Positions 19,843 through 32,584 of a DNA stretch of 64,000 nucleotides are shown one piece after another. Both the position numbers and the translations under genes were made by a program. The notes beneath the pieces are model-generated. The model had not been told where the DNA came from. It did not search any database and was given only the letters and a program-made list of their open reading frames with translations. This stretch comes from Octopus sinensis. Its lineage: Eukaryota. The number at the start of each line of letters is the position of its first letter. The stretch's first letter is position 1. Where the stretch lies: the NCBI RefSeq assembly GCF_006345805.1, contig NC_043016.1:21886001-21950000 (forward strand), written 5' to 3'.

Positions 19843-20224
19843 TATTTCTTTATTGCCCAAAAGGGGCTAAACATAGAGGGGACAAACAAGGACAGACAAA
19901 GGGATTAAGTCGATCACATCGATCCCAGTGCGTAACTGGTACTTAATTTATCGACCCTGAAAGGATGAAAGGCAAAGTCGACCTCCGTGGAATTTGAACT
20001 CAGAACGTAACGGCAGACGAAATATTTCTTTCTTTACTACCCACAAGGGGCAAAAACACAGAGGGGACAAACAAGGACAGACAAACGGATTAAGTCGATT
20101 ATATCGACCCCAGTGCGTAACTGGTCCTTAATTTATCGACCCCGAAAGGATGAAAGACAAAGTCGACCTCGGCAGAATTTGAACTCAGAACGTAATGGCT
20201 AACATTTCTGCCAGTTCGCCACCC
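19843..20224 (-). mobile_element. OK-like SINE, head-to-tail dimer, flanked by a 20-bp TSD
   Basis: AAGGTGCTTTAGAATATTCT at 19823-19842 and 20225-20244. Two units contain GTTCTGAGTTCAAATT and AAGTACCAGTTACGCACTGGG-type blocks. Confidence 0.9.
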
Positions 20225-20459
20225 AAGGTGCTTTAGAATATTCTGGGTAGGCAGAATATTCTAATTTTTAATAATACTAGAAAGTAGAATCACTAAAGTG
20301 GAGTAAATCTGAAAGTGCACTATTGAATAGTGAGGGGCTAGTGCTGTCCGCTGCATACCCTTAGCGACAGGCTTGCTTGTCCCTGTCCCCACCATCCATC
20401 ATACTTAAGCTGCTCAACACCTGACACAAAGCTACCTCACTCAATATTTCACTGCACTT

Positions 20460-20650
20460 AGTTGAGGTGATCTTGTCTTGCTAGTTACTCGGTCACTTCA
20501 CTTGTGCTGGTGCCACAACAAAAGCATCCTGTACAGTTTGTAAAGGAGTTGGCATTAGAAAGGGCCTCCAACCATAGAAACCCTGCTGAGGCAGACAATA
20601 GACCTTGACACACTGAATCCCGTCAAACTATTCAACCAATTCCAGCATTT
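20460..20650 (+). mobile_element. Degenerate RTE family A 3' UTR
   Basis: GAGTTGGCATTAGAAAGGGCCTCCAACCATAGAAACCCTGC, compared with 11330-11375. Confidence 0.55.
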
Positions 20651-20917
20651 ACGTGTATGGTGTGTGCGTGTATATAAACACATATGTATACATGTGCACT
20701 TACACAGATAAAAGTACACGCACACACATACGTATAAGTGTATGCCTATCTATCTGTGTGTGTGTGTGTGTGTGTGTGTGTAAGGTAATACACATAGAAA
20801 TACATCGTGCTTTAGTGTATATATACGTTACAATAAACAGATATTATATACAGTGTATGTGTATGTATGTACGTACGCAGGTATACATGTATGCAAATCT
20901 GTGTAAAACTTAAAGCG

Positions 20918-21162
20918 TATAAATACAAAGACACACGACAGCCACCTCTTTCCACTAACCAACCCTTCTTCTCTGTGGAGACAGTGACGGGTGTAAATCA
21001 GTGTGTACCAGTGTTGTAACATTCACGACTCTAACACAGTGTCTTCGCTTGTATATATTTATTCATACTTGCTCAGAATACTTTATATATCTATTGCAAG
21101 TATATTTGTATGTGCGACAACTTAACGGTTTAATTGAACACGTCGAATTTAGGAATATTACG
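20918..21162 (+). promoter_or_regulatory. Candidate TATA box, TSS (~20945-20950) and non-coding first exon of the CRACD-like gene
   Basis: TATAAATA at 20918-20925, a pyrimidine-rich CTCTTTTCC about 28 nt downstream, and a consensus donor ACG|GTAAGT at 21162/21163. The region is largely TE-free and appears richer in CpG than its flanks (by eye). Confidence 0.3.
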
Positions 21163-21242
21163 GTAAGTCATTTTGTTGTTTATAGGGGCGGGTGTTTATG
21201 TTATATTACTTTATATTATGTATACAATCTATGATCGCGCTC

Positions 21243-21305
<63 letters not shown>

Positions 21306-22105
21306 TAATGTATGTATATATACATACACAATTTTTACACGTACATAGATAAATATTATGTGTACTGTATGTCTCTGTATATATACGTCGATATTACTGC
21401 ATGTAAAACTATACACTATTATATTACAATATTAATATAAATATTGCCTTTTTTTATTCTAGTATACACTTCGCATATGTATTTAGACATATGGGTATAT
21501 ATATATAGGTATATATATATATATTCATTATATAACTACGTTTCTTTTTTTTTTTTTCAAATTTTTAATTATATATACAATTCCTCTCTCTATCATCAAC
21601 GTATATATGTATGTATGTGATTGCATTATGTGAGTATACGTATGTTTTAAAAATGTCTAATGAATGTAGTATGTGTGTGCGCGTGTATTTAAACATTTCC
21701 GCTGTTTTTATTATATAGACACAGGCTATGTTTCTATTTAGTCATGCACGTGTTTAAGTATGTTTATACGGAAATGTGTTTGCTTCTTGTAGTTCTTTAG
21801 TTTGTGTAACATTTATATATATTTATGACACACATTATATATATATATATATATCTATATATATATATATATATATGTATATGTATTGTCTGTGTATGTG
21901 CGTGCATATATGTTGCTGAGCTCCGTGTCAACCATAAAAAAGCATGTATATAAACGGAGACACTCCAACTGTGACCACTCCGTCTTATTTAGAACATTAT
22001 TGAATGTCTCCTGTTTTAAAAAACAGAGATTAAGGGATAGTTAGCTGTTACCTTTAGCAGGTTACACACACACAGGTGCAAAACATGTGGAGTCAGTAGC
22101 ACTCG

Positions 22106-22147
<42 letters not shown>

Positions 22148-24023
22148 TATATTGTGTGAATAATATATTTTGTATATGGCTAGTCAACGATAAAACTAAT
22201 TACGAGTTAGTACGGGTGGCGATTTAATCAACTGTATCCTCCCCCAAGATTTTGTGATACTGTGTTTATGTTACAAATTGTTTGAAACCATTGTTCCGTT
22301 ATGTCCAGTTAGGTACTTATCGAACATACCTCTAATCAAACTCGAACCCACTGTGAGGGTATCCTACTTTTTATTCAGTGAATGTCTCACCTGCACCCCT
22401 AGAATGTCTTTATACGCGTCTTTTAAAAAGACGTTTACGGTATGATTTGAAAGAAGTTTGGTTTTTATTTCTGCTATATCGAACGACCTCGTTGACGTGT
22501 TGTTTTTTTCTTTCCCATTATTGTTATTTCTTTGTTAAAGCCCTTCATTGTTATTGCTGGTTTCCTCCTTTTTTATGCTACGTAAGTACCCCATGTGTAT
22601 TTCGTACTTCATCTTCAACTGTTTGGCCCTTAGTGGCCATAAGAGACCATTTATTACTGTCCCCCACCCTCCACCATCTGTCGCCCTTGTGGAAAATAAA
22701 AGAAATCATTATTATTAAAATAATTATTTGGCGGTGTATGTCTGAAATGGTGGATATCCGGACAAAATGCTTCTGAGAGTAACAAAAACAAGTCAGATAT
22801 TAGTGTCAATTTAATCGACTTTTCCTCCTACAAAATATGTGGCCTTGTGCCTAAACTAGAAATCATTACTATTATGAATTAATTATATCTTTGTATCTTC
22901 TGAAATTCAAATCCGTAGGTCTGCTGTGCTTTTATCATTTCCTCTGCATTTCTTAGTTGCCCTGGTCAGTTTTGATGCAAACACCTATGGTCAAAAGGTA
23001 TTCCAACCTGTATTTTTTTTATATCTATGACTACGTTGTCATGTGTCATTCATTTTCTGAGGGAGATTTCGCTGCTATTTCTAGCAGGTCAAGCGATTAC
23101 AGAGTTATTCGCAGTTTGGCTCGTGTATTTCTTTGTATCTGAGGTATCGGCCTTCATACAATGTTATTGTGTTCGTGTTGATTGTGCATGTAAAAGCTTG
23201 GCCTGTGTTGGTTGAAGTCTTCTGCAACAAACTACCCTTCGCATATACATGTGGAATCTCATTTTAAGTGTTCTGTTTTCATTAAGTAACCTGCATGCAA
23301 TCTAATTATGCAACGTGCACAATTACATTTAGATTTTTTTTTAACCAAGTGAACTATAGAATCAAAGGTACACCAGCCGTTATCAACTCGTCTTATTTCG
23401 GGTTGTCTATTACTATATCTATTGCCTTACCATTATTTTAACGGTCGGTTGGGATCGGAAGGATATTTGATTGTTATTTTTAGAAGCTGAGTGAATACTT
23501 ATAAACTACAGCGTTGGGATTGGGGTCCAAAAATGATATTAACTATGATGGATGTAATTTATATTCGGGCAATGTTTCGTTTGTCGTAACAAACGAAACA
23601 TTGCCTATATTCGTACACTAGTGTTGTTTCTTTGTATTGACCAAATGCGATACCTATTCGCATGCCGCTGTGGTGTCTATACTTTGTTAGCTGTTTGTTA
23701 TTTCTTATAGATTATGTAAAACATCTAAACCTAATTACAGATACTCTACTGTACGACGGTCATACGGTATAACTTAATCGCTGTTACTTTACACCACTGT
23801 ATAACAAACTTTGAATTCTTTAGTCTTTGGTTGACATCGATAACCTGGTCACTGATATTCTATTCTGCTGTGTCTGTTATATATCAGCTGTTGACCAATT
23901 CATTTATGACCTAGTCATTTGATACTTTATTTCAATGTGTATCTGTTTTAAGTAAGATGGTTGGTCAGTTGTTATAGACTGTGGTGAAACATCTACAATA
24001 ACCTAATTGCTGGTACCTATATT

Positions 24024-24431
24024 CATCGCTGGATTAACCATTAAGCAAAATAAGCACGTGCTTAAGGCATCGAGGGAAGGAGGGGGGGGCACCACAGAAA
24101 TGGTAAATGGTTTACGGTACAAAAGAAATCACTTCAAACTTGCTAAAATAATATTCGGGATGCCTTTATCTCTACTAAGTATAGATGCAGATGTGTTACC
24201 TAAGATTTATTTTGAGGATCTGATCAAAGACTTTGCAATTAAAAAAAGCAGGAGGAAACTTTTCAAATATATAAACATTATTTTCCTTCTTACTGTTTTG
24301 TTTCGCTTTGAAAATTAAAAAAAATTACTTTAATTTTTGTTATTGTTTATATTTTGAATTACATAATCTTTTATGGGGGCACCAAAATCTTTTAAGTGCT
24401 TGGGGCTTCAATGGGTCTTAATTTGGCCCTG
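24024..24431 (+). mobile_element. hAT-derived non-autonomous element retaining the transposase C-terminus
   Basis: Ends CATCGCTGGATTAACC / GGTCTTAATTTGGCCCTG resemble a CAGGGCCGGATTAA TIR. The internal frame LSLLSIDADVLPKIYFEDLIKDFAIKKSRRKLF* resembles the end of the hAT dimerisation domain. The 8-bp flanks match only 5/8. Confidence 0.65.
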
Positions 24432-24582
24432 CATGCATTACTATATATCAGGGTTTCAATACTTATAGACAGTCGCAGCACATCTATGACCTGGGCACTG
24501 GATACTCTATCCCACTTTAATTGTTGGAAGTTGTTCTTATAAACTATGATGGTATATCTTGTCACTGATATTTGTTTCACTG

Positions 24583-26560
24583 TCATCATCATCATATGTT
24601 TGTTGTCCATGGTAGCAGGGTTGGGCAGTTTAACCAGGACTGGCAAGCTGGAAAGCTGCACCAGACTCCACTCCAATTTGGCATGGTTTCTATGGCTGGA
24701 TGCCCTTCCAAATGCCAACAACTCCAATAGTGTAGTGGGTGCATTTATGTGCCATTTGCATGACAGCAAATGACTGCAATTTTGCTCAGCTTGATGGGTC
24801 TTCTCAAGCATAACATAATGCCAAAGGTCTCAGTCATTGCCTCCAAGAGGCCCAACACTTGAAAGGAACTCGCTTCTGTGAGGCCCAATGCTCGAAAGGA
24901 ACTTGCCTCAGTGAGGCCCAACACACAAAAGGAACTTTCCTTCAGCACACAAAAGGAACTTTCCTTCAGCACACAAAAGGAACTTTCCTTCAGCACACAA
25001 AAGGAACTTTCCTTCAACACACAAAAGGAACTTTCCTTCAACACACAAAAGGAACTTTCCTTCAACACACAAAAGGAACTTTCCTTCAACACACAAAAGG
25101 AACTTTCCTTCAACACACAAAAGGAACTTTCCTTCAACACACAAAAGGAACTTTCCTTCAACACACAAAATGAACTTTCCTTCAACACAAAAGGAACTTG
25201 CCTCCATGAGGCCCAACACAGAAGGAACTCAGTCACTTTACCTCCATGAGGCCCAGCCCTCGAAAGATGCTCTTTACACACCACTGACATCAGTCATGAC
25301 TATGAATTCACTTGGCTTGATGTGTCTTCATGAGCACAACATATCACCAAAGGTCTCGGTCACTAGTCATTGCCTCTGTGAGACTCAAAGTTTGAAGATC
25401 ATGCTTCACTACCTTATCCCATGTCTCCCTGGGTATACCTACCTCTACCACAGGTTCCCTCCACAGTTAGAGATCGGCACTTTACATAGCTGTCCTCATC
25501 ACATGACCATACTAATGCAGTCATCTCTCTTGCACACCATCTGATCCCTCTTATGTCTAATTTTTCTCTCAAAATGCTTGCACTCTGTCAAGCATGCACA
25601 CTGACATTGCACACCCAGTGAAGCATACTGACTTCATTTCTTTCAAGCCTATACATGTCCTTGGCTGTCACAGCCCATGTTTTACTGCCATGTAGCATAG
25701 CTGTTTGCTCACAGACATCATACAATATATATCTTTCACACTGAGAGATAGGCCCTCAGCAGAGGCAGGAGCTCTCTGAACTTTGCCCAGCCTAATCTTA
25801 TTCTCACAGTTATGCTCTTGGAGCATCAATCTCCGCTTCTAACTTGGTCACCTAGTTAGCAAAGCTATCTACTACCGCTAGCTTGCCTCCCCTAGCAGTT
25901 GGAGTCTATTTTCTGCAGGTTTTCAATGTTTATTGTTTATACATCTTCCATATACAAAAGCAATTTTCCCTGTTAGCCTTCCTCTAATATTGCTGCAACT
26001 TTTATGTGTCCAAAGCTTACATCAGGTGCATCTTATGGAGTTTCTACCTACATCTTTTCTTCTGATTGAGCAGGACCATCCACATGAAGGGATGTGTGAG
26101 TTGTCTGCCTTCCTACTTACTAAGACTTTGGTTTTTGCTAAGTTCACTCTAAGGCTCTTTGATTCTAGATCTTGCTTCCATACCTGGAATTTCTTTAGTT
26201 CTGCTAGTGATACAGGTATAAGAGCAAGATCATCAACATAGACGAATTCCCAGGGGCAACCTGTCTTAAATTCCTCTGTTATTGCTTGGAGGACTATGAT
26301 GAACAATAGGAAGCTGAGGACTGATCCTTTGTGAACCTTTACTTGTACTCTGAATTCTTTGCTGTACTTGTTGTCAACACTCACCTTGCTGACAGCATTC
26401 CCTGTGCAAGGCTTATACAGCTTTCACCAACCACTAGTCTATCCATAGTTTCTGTATTGACCACCAGATAGGGGATCGAGGGACCCTGTCAAGTCAACAA
26501 AAGCCAAGTACAGAGGTTTATCTTTGGCTAGGTATTTCTCCTGTAGCTGCCTGGTTGTTG
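24583..26560 (-). mobile_element. 5'-truncated RTE family A LINE with internal minisatellite
   Basis: (CAT)n tail at 24583, the 3' UTR, LEKTHQA C-terminus, and RT motifs VHKGSVLS.LLF and FVYVDDLAL (26022-26384). Confidence 0.85.
24919..25199 (+). repeat. 24-bp minisatellite, 11 copies
   Basis: GGAACTTTCCTTCA(A/G)CACACAAAA with starts at 24931, 24955, ... 25171. Confidence 0.97.
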
Positions 26561-26677
26561 GTTATTGGTTGCTAATACTTCACTTTGCTGTATTCTGTTG
26601 GAATCCAGATACAACTTACTATCCTTAAATGCCCACAGTTTATGCAAAAAGACGCACCTTTTTTACTCTTACATTAA

Positions 26678-26777
26678 NNNNNNNNNNNNNNNNNNNNNNN
26701 NNNNNNNNNNNNNNNNNNNNNNNNNNNNNNNNNNNNNNNNNNNNNNNNNNNNNNNNNNNNNNNNNNNNNNNNNNNNN
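26678..26777. other. Assembly gap (100 N)
   Basis: Run of N followed by (TA)n. The true length is unknown. Confidence 1.
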
Positions 26778-26812
<35 letters not shown>

Positions 26813-27217
26813 AAGAGCCATGGAAAGAGAATGCCAAAGTTTAAAAAATGATAAGTTGAGAAACAGTTAGATAGAAGTGGCAATAGGTTAATGGATATTA
26901 TCTAGAAATAAAACTCTGAAATGGTCCTTCAGAGAAGATATATGTTTATAAGAAAGTATAACTGATGGAATAGCAAACTGACAGTGGACACTACCATGTT
27001 TTCCCACTTGTTTTTTTTCTCAATGTAAAGTTGGAATGAAAACTTTAAATTCTTTGCCACCCTGCCCATGGATCGTAGAGAGAGAACACACTGAGGCCTT
27101 CATCCAGCAGTATATTGAACATGTATAATGATGATGTATGTACAGTGTGATGCACCTCAGGCTTTTAATAATGTATGTGCGTGTATATGTGCATATGTGT
27201 ATGCACATACACACATA

Positions 27218-27760
27218 TATCATCATCATTTAACATCCGTTGTCCATGGGTTGGAAATTTTGACTGGGCTGGCATACTGGAAGGCTATGCCAAGATCCAG
27301 TCTGATTTGGCATGGTTTTCTACAGGTGGATGCCCTTCCTAATGTCAACCACCCCAAGAGTGTAATGCTATGAATGTGATTTTGCTCAGCTTCATGGGTC
27401 TTCTTTTCGAGCACAACATAATGCCAAAGGTCTTGGTCATTGCTTCCATGAGGCCCAACACTCGAAAGGAACTTAGCCACCTTGCCTCCGTGAGGCCTGC
27501 TCAAAAGGAACTCAGCCACCTCACCTCTGTGAGGCCCAACACTCGAAAGGAATTTGGCCACTTTGCTTTCATGAGGCCTAACATTTAAAGGTTGATTTTT
27601 TTTTTTTTTTTACATGCCACCAGCACTGGTGCACTTGGCTTGATGGGTCCTCTTAAGCAGAGCACATCGCCAAAGGTCTTGGTCACTAGTCATTGCCTCT
27701 GTGAGGCTCAAAGTTCGAAGGTCATGCTTCACCACCATGTCTTATGTCTTCCTGGGTCTA
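27218..27760 (-). mobile_element. RTE family A 3' end with ~39-bp tandem duplications
   Basis: (CAT)n tail, TGGATGCCCTTCCTAATG block, and GAGGCCCAACACTCGAAAGGAAC units repeated at 27450-27590. Confidence 0.8.
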
Positions 27761-29419
27761 TATCTATGTTTGTAATCAGTTAATATTCTTTTTTCATTCT
27801 GGCATGGGATGTATGGTTTGACAGCATTTGATGGGTTCATTGCCCCATTGTCTGCTGTAACATGTTTTCTGTTGTTGGATACCCTTCCTAACACTAACCA
27901 CTTTATGTGTACTGTTTTTTTTTTAATGCCACTATTATTAGTGAGGTGGTTTTAAAAATTTGTAAACACTTGAGAGAACATGTGATAATTATTCTTGTTA
28001 ATTAGATCTCAAAGTACATATAAAGCTATTGGGTTGAATAATCTCATTTGAATATGAAACCACAGGGAAATTTTGTTTTTTTTTGTTTTCTTTTTTCTTT
28101 TCAATTCTGGTTCCAAAAAAGAATTATTAGTTTGGTTGCCATGCAATTCACAAGACTACAATCCCTGAAGGTGGGGGTGGGGGTTAGCTGAATATTCAAA
28201 ACCTTCAGATACACTTCATTCATTATCTTCAGTCTCCTTTCATAATGAATAGAGTTAGTAGACTCCAGATTCTTTTCAGCCCAATTTTCTGTTGGGATTA
28301 ATTGCTTTCGCCTTTACCTCTTCAAAGGCACTCACAGGCAGTGAGGGTTTGTACACAATATTGTCCTTCTCTTTGTCTGACTGTCATTTAATGTTGTCAC
28401 TTCCTGACTACTCAATAAGTTAAACTACCATTGTATTTGTGGACGTATTACCTTCTCCTAGAGATATGCTTTAGCAAAAGCCTGCCTCACACTCACAGGT
28501 TTTACAGCATGCTGGATACTAAGCCATAATTTTTAAGTCTCTTTACTATTATCAGTTGGGTGTTGATCATGTGTTCTTCCATCATTTTGACAGGTATTGT
28601 TTTTGTCCTGCTGGGTTTTCAGCAACCTTCCTCACCAGGCAATGTTTGTGGGTGGACTGGTTTATATGTTGAACTATGCAACAGTTTGTATGGGACTACA
28701 TACTACCATAGATAACCTGAGCATATGTACACACACATTTTATACACATTGTGATGGTTCCAGCTTGAAGTGAAGAGGGCATTTGCCCTTCTCTCCACCT
28801 TCCAGCAAATTTTTAAAAAGTTTTTATAAGGCTCATAAAGAATTGTTTCTCAATTTTTGTGACGTTTCTTTGACTCCAAATTGTTCACTGCTTCTCTTTA
28901 TAATCTTAAACTTTAACCTACCCTGCACTTGTAATATGAATACACATATGTGTGCATATGATCATAATGTCATCATGGATGTTCAAAGATTGTGAAGCTT
29001 TTAGCAGCATTGCAAGTTTTGGCTGATTATTGTAGAGAAGGCGATGTACAATACTGTTTCTTTGATACATGAATTGATTGTGTTATTGAAAGGGAAGTTT
29101 ACTATATTTTCGTTAAAGAAAACTTTATGTGCATGCATCTAAGCTACAATAACATTTCTCTGAATTGCCATTTAACATAAGGTGAGTTGTATGGTGGGGA
29201 AGAATTTTTCATAGCCACAAGCTCAAATCTTATATTTAATTTACCATTTATCACTCTTCCAATGAAAGAGTTGCCTTTTTATTACCATCAAACAATTTTT
29301 TTTTCTTTTTTTTTTTCAAGGTTTCATATGTGTACATGTAGTTGCTGGTGCTGACTATGAGTTAAATAGAACATCATTATCACCAACTTTTCTGCAGCTC
29401 ATTTTCACTCATTTGAAAA

Positions 29420-29516
29420 ATGGCCACTAACATGGCAGATGTTTCGGATGCCGCAACCATTTCGGGTGACTATGATGGAAATGTCGACGTTTCCAGTCAG
29501 TCATCAGCAATTGCTG
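29420..29516 (+). CDS. CRACD-like: CRACD/KIAA1211 (DUF4592)-like gene, coding exon 1 (MATNMADVSD...SSAIA)
   Basis: ATG at 29420, 32 open codons, donor G|GTAAGT in phase 1 matching the next exon. Candidate acceptors at 29320 (long poly-T then CAAG) or 29397. Confidence 0.7.
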
Positions 29517-30231
29517 GTAAGTATCATACTCTACTACTTGTTTCAACAGAAGGTGTAAAATTAATGTCCTTTTTGATAGGTGAAATCTGGTAAGTATTCT
29601 TGATGAGTAATGCTTAAAGTGAGGCAATGCAGAAATTGTGTTCTATTAGAAAATCTCAATACTCCTATATTGACTTTAAACTCAAAATTCTCTACAGATA
29701 ATTTAATAGCTCTTTCTTGCTAATTTGATATTACTAGTATCACAAAACTATAAGCATGAATGTATGTGGGAAGGAGAAAATCAAGTTGATCCCCACCTCT
29801 CGAATTTCACTTACGCACATAATCACGTGCACACACACACTCGTACACGTTCTTCCTTCTACTTTTGAAGCATCGGGTTACAAGAGATCTCCACTCATGA
29901 CAGTTGCAAGCCTTGTTGTAAGCCAGCACTCAGATAAGTGTTACATCCAGGTCCTGACAGGTCTGCCCATTTCCTATGCTACTTCTCTCTCTTCCACTGA
30001 AGAGAAGATTTTTCTGCCCCTTTGCGAGCTGGCATTGTACTTGGCTGAACATCTTTTTCCATGATGTAACCTGTAAGTTTCTCAGCCAGTCCCTTTCCAT
30101 CACTTTTTCCTTCATGATGTAGTCAGGCCAAGAAGTTCTTAGTATGACAACTGCAGTTCTTAAGATTTTGTTGGTCTTTTTCTACATCTGGTTGACATAA
30201 ATTGATGTCAACATGATAGTGAATATATATC

Positions 30232-30420
30232 AAGGTAGCAAGCTGGCAGAAACGTCATCACGCCAGGCAAAATGCTTAGTGGCATCTCGTCTGTCTTTAC
30301 GTTCTGAGTTCATATTTCGCCAAGGTCCACTTTCCCTTTCATCATTTTGGGGTTGATAAATTAAGTACCAGTTGTGTACTGGGGTTGATCTAATTGACTG
30401 GCCCCTTTCCCCTCAAAATA
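30232..30420 (+). mobile_element. OK-like SINE
   Basis: AGCTGGCAGAAACG...GTTCTGAGTTCA...AAATTAAGTACCAGTTG, homologous to 19843-20224. Confidence 0.8.
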
Positions 30421-32315
30421 GTGGTTTATTGATGTAGGTTGTAAATTTTTCCTATATTGAGGTTTGATAAGCTGAAAAAATTATTTTATAACTTATGGTT
30501 AACAGCTAGGGTTGCAGACTTTTCTCTATCTCCAACAGCACTCTCTCCAGGTGGGACTTTTCACTACTTTTGAGGAGCTTGTTCAGGCAGTTTTCTATAT
30601 ATTTAATTAGCATTTTACATTGTAATTCAATAATTAGAATTTATAGATTGAATCTTTGTAGTCTTTGCCTTCTTTGCCTAACCAATCATAATATTTGTTA
30701 TATATTTAACAACAGTTTGATTCAGCTCTACATTACTTGGTTTTGTGGGTGTAGGATATGTCCATCTCATGAAATGTTTGGGGTCAAAGTATTGAGTTAA
30801 AGAGATTCAAAATGGCTTTTGTATGTTTAGGTCATGTGATTGTAATGCTATCAAAATATCAGTTATTTTTCTTAGTTTTAGGTTCATGTGCTGTTGGAAG
30901 AATATTTATGCCTTTTTGATGGCAGTCTGCAGTGTGGCATATTCAGTGACACCAGTTCCTTGTATTGAGTACTGCACATGGTAGGGTAGATAAGTCAGTT
31001 GATCAGTCACAATTCTTTGGAATATAAACACTTTAGCAACAGCAATTACCATGTTTGTATGTGGTTACCACTTTGATGATGTTAGGTTATTAGTTAAGTC
31101 ATGTAACCAACATAAATAGGCAGTAATGTAGATGGGCAGCTATTCTACTCTTGTGTTGGTATCAGCTAGGCCTAAGTTGGTATGTCTGAATTATCAGTGA
31201 CTCTAGGTTTGAAGTTCTTTAACAGGGCATACTTCTAGTGATAAAATAGTTTACTTTTCCTATTCATGGATACTGCAGCTTTCTTCATGGAATCCTCAAG
31301 GTTGATTGAAAGAGTAAAATACATTATTTTTCTCTTTCTAACTCATTGGATTTGGTGCTGAGTATCCTTCATATACTCTTATTTGTGGAGCCACTCCTCA
31401 CTAATGCATCAGTATTGTGGAGTGTGTCGCAGTTGAAGATATCTTTGTCTACTGACAGTTTAGAGATTTTTCTGTGGATGCCCATGACTAGATTTCTGAT
31501 TATAACTGGAGGATGGTTGGCATCTATGTATCTATCTAGTACATCTATCTAGTTGGCATCTATCTAGTACATACCTGTCCTGAGATCTATGCTTATGTTA
31601 AGAAGTCAGCCTTTGTAATATTGGTGGTAATTGTTATAGTTAGGCTAAATTATTTTAAGATCTTCCTGAATTTATAGCTTGGGATTGCCAGGGATTGCCA
31701 GACCATCTTCAAACTTTTAATAAGGGTGCACTTCTTTATAATATGCAAGATAAATAACCCAGCTGATATCAGCCTCATTATTGCCTCCCCCATGGATTAT
31801 GCTGATAGCTGGATATGCCACCCTATGCATAGCTGACCTACACACAAGAGCAGGGTGTATAATTTCTACTACCCTTAAAGACTATAGCCAACTCATATTG
31901 GTTATAGGACCTCACTTGTAACCTAATATCATAACCTGATGAGTCATCATATGGTTGCTTTCACATGATGATTGCTGTCATTAATGTGTTTATATTTAAC
32001 GAGGAACAGGTGTTACTGAATATACCAAACAGCTACTAACATTGTCAACATGTGGTCCCAAAAATAAAGAAAATAACCTTGGTAGCATGCAATGTTTACC
32101 TGTGCTCACTAATAAAGGTTTAAATTCAAAATGGATTCCATGTGTTTAATGCATAGAATTTGTTTTTAATTGTTATTTTTCAAGACTTTCTGTCTCTGAA
32201 CATCTTTAAAGCTTTATATGCTTATGAAACTTTAATGTGAGTTGATCCAAACTGTTATTAAGTACATGTGAATCTAACTAAATATGTTGAGTGCTACTTT
32301 CATTTGTTCACACAC

Positions 32316-32346
<31 letters not shown>

Positions 32347-32394
32347 CTCACAAATACATGCATATATCCTTGAAATTATGTCTTTTTGTTGTAG

Positions 32395-32584
32395 ACAACA
32401 AAAACGAAAACAAAAAAAGGAAGTTTAATCCACTGGTTGCTGTGCGGAAATTTTTCAAGGGTAACAAAAAGAGATCTAAATTGAAAGACAATGAAGAAAT
32501 AAGTATTGTATCTATGAGAGCAAAATCTACCAGTGCCTTACACCGCCAGTCTGTTGAAGACTATGATGAGGAAGATGACGGAGG
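32395..32584 (+). CDS. CRACD-like: Coding exon 2 (DNKNENKKRKFNPLVAVRKFFKGNKKRSK...EEDDG)
   Basis: TTTTTGTTGTAG acceptor, GG|GTTAGT donor, phase 1 to 2. The basic KKRKF..RKFFKGNKKR motif resembles the CRACD-family N-terminus. Confidence 0.85.

Noticed and set aside
23027-23215. ORF MTTLSCVIHFLREISLLFLAG as a possible signal-peptide first exon
   Set aside because: It overlaps the abundant GATTT.GCTGCTATTTCTAGC repeat, and the main model already has a good ATG exon. It is kept only as part of the weak 5' exon finding.
26565-26883. ORFs spanning the N run
   Set aside because: Artefacts of translating the assembly gap.
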